A DNA stretch of 20,000 nucleotides from an uncultured virus (IMG/VR IMGVR_UViG_3300000304_000038). Taxonomy: Duplodnaviria > Heunggongvirae > Uroviricota > Caudoviricetes. This document shows, piece by piece, positions 16,560 through 20,000 of this stretch (positions are counted from its first letter, which is position 1; every line of letters begins with the position of its first letter). The notes below the pieces were generated by a model. That model was not told where the DNA came from and did no database searches. It saw only the letters and a list, made by a program, of their open reading frames with translations. The stretch is taken from the IMG/VR virus record IMGVR_UViG_3300000304_000038. One strand, written 5' to 3'. The translations under genes and the position numbers were made by a program.

Positions 16560-16842
16560 TTCTCTCCTCTTCTTGCGGCCAGAAATCCTCGTTGGAATAG
16601 CATAGCTTTGCACCGGGACAAAGATAGACCCAACAGTTGCGCTCGGTAGAATACCAGCGGCTAAGTCCGATAGTACCAAATGCGACTATTATCTCTTCAT
16701 CTCTTGAATCAACATGACAACAGCCTTTGATAAGACAGTATACGGCGGCTCGCCGCACCTTGAAGGAAGGATGGGAATAGGAAAGTTGATATAGATGGAA
16801 AAGAGGCGTGCCCTTTCGCCGCAAATAATCAAACTCACTCAC
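16552..16842 (-). CDS. Hypothetical protein (96 aa, GTG start)
   Basis: AAAGGA SD; coupled to the next ORF. Confidence 0.65.
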   Translation of the reverse strand: MSEFDYLRRKGTPLFHLYQLSYSHPSFKVRRAAVYCLIKGCCHVDSRDEEIIVAFGTIGLSRWYSTERNCWVYLCPGAKLCYSNEDFWPQEEERNE

Positions 16843-16871
16843 TACTTCATCCTTTCTCTTGGATAATTGAA

Positions 16872-16953
16872 TGGTAGCCGCACCCGGTTACGCTCCGAGG
16901 TCTGATGGCTGAGAACCATCCGGGCTGCTATTACCCNNNNNNNNNNTGCGGCC
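16872..16953 (-). tRNA. tRNA-Glu(CTC), contains a 10-N assembly gap
   Basis: GATGG-TT-CTC-AG-CCATC arm, GGCCGCA/TGCGGCT acceptor, CCA; Ns at 16937-16946. Confidence 0.85.
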
Positions 16954-16956
16954 ATA

Positions 16957-17031
16957 TGGTAGCGGATGGGGGTTACGCTCCCCCTTCTCTGGCTTGAAAG
17001 GCCAGCGAATTTACTATTGTTCTAATCCGCC
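16957..17031 (-). tRNA. tRNA-Glu(TTC)
   Basis: CTGGC-CT-TTC-AA-GCCAG arm, CCA. Confidence 0.9.
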
Positions 17032-17655
17032 AATAAAATATTTCCAAAAATATCCATATGCGCTTTTTCTTTTACCTTTGATTACTTCGGTAATATGCTG
17101 TGTTTTTCTTTCAGATCCTAAAAAACGTCCAGCCTCTTTTATAGATTCAAATATTTTCAATACTTGAAAAGTTTCTTTATCGCACATTGCAACCTTGTGA
17201 CTAAATAGCTTTTTTGCTTGTTTGCTTTGAGATAAAATTTCTACTCCATATTCTTTACAAGCTGTTCTCACGGTTCGTTCATTACAACCAAAATAAGAAG
17301 CAGTTTGTTGTTCATTGAGTAATTCAAGATATTTATTTGCTATTTCTTTATAGTTATAAAATTGTTTTCCATCTCCCCCACGAGTAGCATTATAACCATA
17401 ATGATAAGTGTTTAGTTTATCTATCCAATATTCTTCTCTGGCAGGAGCTTCTTCTGGAGAACATTCTTCTAATTCTTCAATAGAAAAATGTTCTACTCCA
17501 TATTTATTCATAGCACTATAAAGAGGACGTTTTTTGCGTCTTATTCTTTGTCTCTCTTTCTTGTGTTCTTCAAAACGGTCTTCTATCGTTTTATTAGTTT
17601 TACCAACATACTGTTTGCCATTTATATCATTAGTAATTACATAAATAAAGGCCAT
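17014..17655 (-). CDS. GIY-YIG homing-type endonuclease with C-terminal NUMOD1/IENR1-like module
   Basis: FIYVITN...QYVGKT...RFEEH...REEYWI...GYNATRGG; C-terminal FESIKEAGRFLG...KSAYGYFWKY. Confidence 0.9.
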   Translation of the reverse strand: MAFIYVITNDINGKQYVGKTNKTIEDRFEEHKKERQRIRRKKRPLYSAMNKYGVEHFSIEELEECSPEEAPAREEYWIDKLNTYHYGYNATRGGDGKQFYNYKEIANKYLELLNEQQTASYFGCNERTVRTACKEYGVEILSQSKQAKKLFSHKVAMCDKETFQVLKIFESIKEAGRFLGSERKTQHITEVIKGKRKSAYGYFWKYFIGGLEQ

Positions 17656-17765
17656 GATTCCCAACTTTCTACCCAACATCTGAATAAACAGATGGGCAGG
17701 TGGTTGGGTTTATTCACTTTTCACTAAGCTAGCTACTTCTTAGCTAGCCTATCTGTTATTAACAA

Positions 17766-17841
17766 TGGTCGGACTAGAAGGTTCTGCCCCCTCTCCACAC
17801 CGCCCCAAACGGTGGATGCTACTGTTAAACACCATAGTCCG
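17766..17841 (-). tRNA. tRNA-Pro(TGG)
   Basis: C1-G72, CACCG-TT-TGG-GG-CGGTG arm, A-CCA. Confidence 0.9.
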
Positions 17842-17966
17842 TTTTCTATACCAAATGGGGCGCAGCGTTTATTACCTTCATACTGACCTTCCTGCGCATC
17901 ATTGTTTATAGTGGTGCTCAACCACTGAGAACACTTGATTTGTTTGGCCCTTTGGTACCTAAATTA

Positions 17967-18039
17967 GGAGCGGCTGACCAGACTCGAACTGGCACTAACG
18001 ACTTGGAAGGACGTGGTGCTACCGTTACACCACAGCCGC
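17967..18039 (-). tRNA. tRNA-Gly(TCC)
   Basis: GCG acceptor start, loop CT-TCC-AA, U73; ends CC-TA. Confidence 0.92.
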
Positions 18040-18042
18040 ATA

Positions 18043-18118
18043 TGGGGTGACTATTTGGATTTGAACCAAAGCTAAGTGAGTCACAGTCACTTGTGCTGAC
18101 CTCTACACTATAGCCACC
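18043..18118 (-). tRNA. tRNA-His(GTG)
   Basis: Encoded G-1:C73, loop CT-GTG-AC, CCA. Confidence 0.93.
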
Positions 18119-18122
18119 AATA

Positions 18123-18197
18123 GGAGCGGCACAGGGGCTATGCTCCCCTCACTTTTGCGTTGGCAACGCAATGCTCTTCTGAATGAGCTAGTGCCGC
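18123..18197 (-). tRNA. tRNA-Gly(GCC)
   Basis: TTGCG-TT-GCC-AA-CGCAA arm, U73; ends CC-TA. Confidence 0.88.
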
Positions 18198-18207
18198 ATA
18201 TAAGACA

Positions 18208-18284
18208 TGGCGCGAATGGCGGGACTTGAACCCGCGACCTCCTGATTGACAATCAGGCGTTCTAACCAGCTGAACTACACCCGC
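18208..18284 (-). tRNA. tRNA-Asp(GTC)
   Basis: CCTGA-TT-GTC-AA-TCAGG arm, G-CCA. Confidence 0.92.
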
Positions 18285-18288
18285 ATAT

Positions 18289-18362
18289 TGGTTGCAAGGT
18301 CCGGTAACGCTCCGGCTTGTAAGCGCTTATGAGACGCTTCGAGAACTTTCCTCCCCCTTGCA
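18289..18362 (-). tRNA. tRNA with CAT anticodon (Met; Ile2 not excluded)
   Basis: AGCGT-CT-CAT-AA-GCGCT arm, U1-A72, short D-arm, A-CCA. Confidence 0.8.
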
Positions 18363-18365
18363 ATA

Positions 18366-18441
18366 TGGTCGCAGTGACTAGAGTCGAACTAGCTGTCTCT
18401 GGCTTATGAGGCCAGCATGGAAACCGTTTCACCCCACTGCT
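18366..18441 (-). tRNA. tRNA-Met(CAT), initiator-like
   Basis: A1.G72 mismatch, CTGGC-CT-CAT-AA-GCCAG arm, A-CCA; lacks the full three G-C anticodon pairs. Confidence 0.82.
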
Positions 18442-18447
18442 ATATAT

Positions 18448-18549
18448 GAGAGAACAACCTTCTACAAGGCACCAGCGAAGGCCAAGTGACAAGCTTGACT
18501 CTTTCCTTGCGGGAGCACTGGTATCTGGGGTGTGACCCTTTGCTCTCTC
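18448..18549 (-). ncRNA. Candidate ~100-nt structured RNA at a transcript 5' end
   Basis: Closing stem GAGAGAGCAA/TTGTTCTCTC; inner ACCAGTG/CGCTGGT; GCAA tetraloop. Confidence 0.5.
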
Positions 18550-18561
18550 TTGTCGATGAAT

Positions 18562-18591
18562 ATTATACAACAAGTCAAAGACTGTTGTCCA
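18562..18591 (-). promoter_or_regulatory. Promoter TGGACA-18-TATAAT
   Basis: -35 at 18586-18591, -10 at 18562-18567; the spacer is itself a hairpin. Confidence 0.65.
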
Positions 18592-18593
18592 TA

Positions 18594-18727
18594 ATATTTT
18601 TGGAAAACACTAGTTGAAATCCCAAGCTTATGCGAACTGGTGGCAATGCGACTAATGCTCTCCAAAAATATGACTGATTTTTTGATCTTTCCACTGTAGC
18701 AGGAACTCTCTTGGAAAAAATCAGTCA
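18594..18727 (-). ncRNA. Two abutting long-stem hairpin elements (18594-18671, 18671-18727)
   Basis: 21-bp stem with three G.U pairs only on the minus strand, and a perfect 13-bp stem. Confidence 0.5.
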
Positions 18728-19236
18728 AAAACCATTAGAAACCGCTGCGACGTTTCAGGGTATTTTACTCGGTGCCCCGCGTCCAAGTATCCGAGACCGG
18801 TTTTCCTCTGTTTTAGTGAGTGACAAGTAAACCGCGTTGAAACCCCATACCTCCAACTCATTCTTTCTTCCAGTAGTCCGATCGGCTTAGTCACTATGGA
18901 AGCGAAGAACCTAAGAGAGGAGAATTCGTTTTTGGACAGAACCAATCCTCAAAGCATAACTGTTGGTGGTGAGGAAGTAAAAAATAGCATTAGTCTTGCA
19001 GGAAGTGGCTGTTGCTTTCTTTACACCTCGTCGTTCGGCGTATCAGTTTTTTACTGACACGCTGCCTCATGCCGCAAACCCCTATGGCGCGACAACTATT
19101 CGAACCAGCCCTACGCGAGTGACGCATTCTCCTCTTTCGAGTAACCCATTCTCGGGCCTTATGCTACCAGAGTTATTCGCTCTGACAGGGAACTTCGAAT
19201 CCGCTGCTCTCCACTCAGAACCGTCTTATAGCCAAA
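18728..19236 (-). ncRNA. Candidate large (~500 nt) structured ncRNA in the tRNA array
   Basis: No credible ORF; many hairpins and several long-range helices (see findings). Confidence 0.6.
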
Positions 19237-19239
19237 ATA

Positions 19240-19313
19240 TGGTGGTCTCGACAGGTAACGCTCCTGTGTTTTGGGTTTATCAGACCCATGTACTACTTTT
19301 GTACGACAAGACC
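19240..19313 (-). tRNA. tRNA-Ile(GAT)
   Basis: TGGGT-CT-GAT-AA-ACCCA arm, A-CCA. Confidence 0.9.
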
Positions 19314-19315
19314 AA

Positions 19316-19581
19316 TGGTACGCCCGCTCAGGATCGAACTGAGATCGAAGGATTACTTACTACGTCGCTTTCACATCGTAGTCTGGACTTTATCTTCTTC
19401 TCTTGGAGAAGCCTCGTGTAAAGTCTCTACACATAGATTCAAGAAGAATCCTTGCTCGGTATTGGCGTATTGCATTTGCAACTTAGCTTCCACCGACTTA
19501 GCGAGGTTTTCCACTATTGGTTGCCCAATAGCGCTCCTAATTAGTCAAGAGTCCCCTATTCTACCATTGAACTACGGGCAC
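19316..19581 (-). tRNA. tRNA-Lys(CTT) split by a group I intron (exons 19548-19581 and 19316-19355)
   Basis: Joined exons give a complete cloverleaf: GTGCCCG/CGGGCGT acceptor, GGGGA-CT-CT|T-AA-TCCTT arm, TTCGA, A-CCA. Confidence 0.9.
19356..19547 (-). mobile_element. 192-nt ORF-less group I intron at tRNA position 35/36
   Basis: 5' exon ends in U paired to G in P1 (CUCU|UGA...UUAGGAG); P7 elements GUAGAGACUUU and AAGAUAAAGUCC; terminal G. Confidence 0.9.
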
Positions 19582-19593
19582 GTATAAACAATA

Positions 19594-19678
19594 TGGTCCC
19601 GCCTCTAGGTACCGCCCCTAGCCAGTCATAGACACAGGTTTTACAGACCTGCTCACGTCTTTAGTGATATACGACGGG
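19594..19678 (-). tRNA. tRNA-Tyr(GTA) with C1-G72
   Basis: CAGGT-CT-GTA-AA-ACCTG arm, small variable stem GTC-TAT-GAC, A-CCA. Confidence 0.85.
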
Positions 19679-19681
19679 ATA

Positions 19682-19757
19682 TGGTGGAACCCCCGGTAAT
19701 CGAAACCAATCCTTGGGTTTTTCAGACCCACGTGCGCACCAGCTACACCAGAGTTCC
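19682..19757 (-). tRNA. tRNA-Phe(GAA)
   Basis: TGGGT-CT-GAA-AA-ACCCA arm, A-CCA. Confidence 0.92.
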
Positions 19758-19760
19758 ATA

Positions 19761-19854
19761 TGGTCGGACGTCTGTGATTCGAACACAAGATTCGCGCTAA
19801 TCTGGCACTAATACACTTTATAGGAGTGTTGTTTTTCTACTAAACTAACGCCCG
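19761..19854 (-). tRNA. tRNA-Ile(TAT)-like with long variable arm and C33
   Basis: CGGGCGT/ACGTCCG acceptor, ACACT-CC-TAT-AA-AGTGT arm, extra arm GTGC-CAGATTA-GCGC, TTCGAAT, A-CCA. Confidence 0.8.
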
Positions 19855-19861
19855 AGAATAT

Positions 19862-19959
19862 ATCAGCACCTTTTATTCTTTCGCACTCGTGCTACTTGAA
19901 TCTTTACCGTCGCTGGAACTCGTTCCTGTCATGTCTGACTTTGACTCGGCGGGTGCATC
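19862..19959 (-). ncRNA. Candidate ~100-nt structured RNA at a transcript 5' end
   Basis: Closing GCACC/GGTGC; hairpins GTCA-GACA-TGAC, GGAA-CGAG-TTCC and GCA-CGAG-TGC. Confidence 0.45.
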
Positions 19960-19971
19960 TTCAACAATTAT

Positions 19972-20000
19972 ATTATCCTCTTTTTCAAACTTGGTGTCAA
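19972..20000 (-). promoter_or_regulatory. Promoter TTGACA-17-GATAAT driving the tRNA/ncRNA array
   Basis: Consensus -35 at 19995-20000 and a 5/6 -10 at 19972-19977. Confidence 0.6.

Noticed and set aside
16937..16946. Insertion in tRNA-Glu(CTC)
   Set aside because: It is a 10-N scaffold gap where only about 2-3 nt are expected; its true content is unknown.
18600..18850. CRISPR repeats (GTTGAAAT, GTTGAAAC and GTTTCA words)
   Set aside because: Only 6-8 nt matches, no regular repeat-spacer period and no cas genes; better explained as RNA stems.
17733..18945. Minus-strand ORFs 17733-17921, 18262-18573, 18462-18728 and 18721-18945
   Set aside because: They run through tRNAs, a promoter or structured RNA and lack protein-like features.
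18728..19236. RNase P RNA or tmRNA
   Set aside because: GAGGAAAACCGG (minus) and CAGAACCGTCTTA (plus) resemble RNase P motifs but are on opposite strands; there is no tRNA-Ala-like end or tag frame for tmRNA.
362..19587. Plus-strand ORFs in the track (e.g. 5885-6430, 9050-9628, 18996-19421)
   Set aside because: They are antisense shadows of minus-strand genes or RNAs, with no recognisable motifs.
12940..19860. HDV-like theta or hammerhead ribozymes at tRNA 3' ends
   Set aside because: Most trailers are short and AT-rich and I found no convincing core by eye; a motif search would be needed to exclude them in the longer spacers.
1..20000. Stop-codon reassignment or suppressor tRNAs
   Set aside because: Conserved genes are full length in the standard code, TAA, TAG and TGA all end genes, and no CTA, TTA or TCA anticodon was found.

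Overview
This window looks like part of a large tailed-phage genome (or phage-like element), probably from a Gram-positive/gut host (inference). All credible genes are on the minus strand and the standard genetic code fits. The left ~13 kb is an accessory-gene block: a GyrB/ParE-type topoisomerase cut by a group I intron and preceded by a homing-type endonuclease carrying a second copy of its N-terminus, an RlaP-like nucleotidyltransferase, a YspA/SLOG protein, a Zn-dependent deaminase, PhoH, a metallophosphoesterase, a SpoU/TrmH methyltransferase, ThyX with an adjacent endonuclease, and an SPFH protein. The right ~7 kb is an array of 27 hand-folded tRNA genes interspersed with HNH and GIY-YIG endonucleases and several unexplained structured non-coding elements, including one of ~500 nt. 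Highlights: a 192-nt group I intron inside the tRNA-Lys(CUU) anticodon; 15 tRNAs with a co-varying non-canonical elbow; long-variable-arm tRNA-Arg(CCU) and tRNA-Ile(UAU); ORFs whose stop codons lie inside the next tRNA; and promoters built into RBS-sequestering hairpins. All calls were made by eye, with no database search or folding software.
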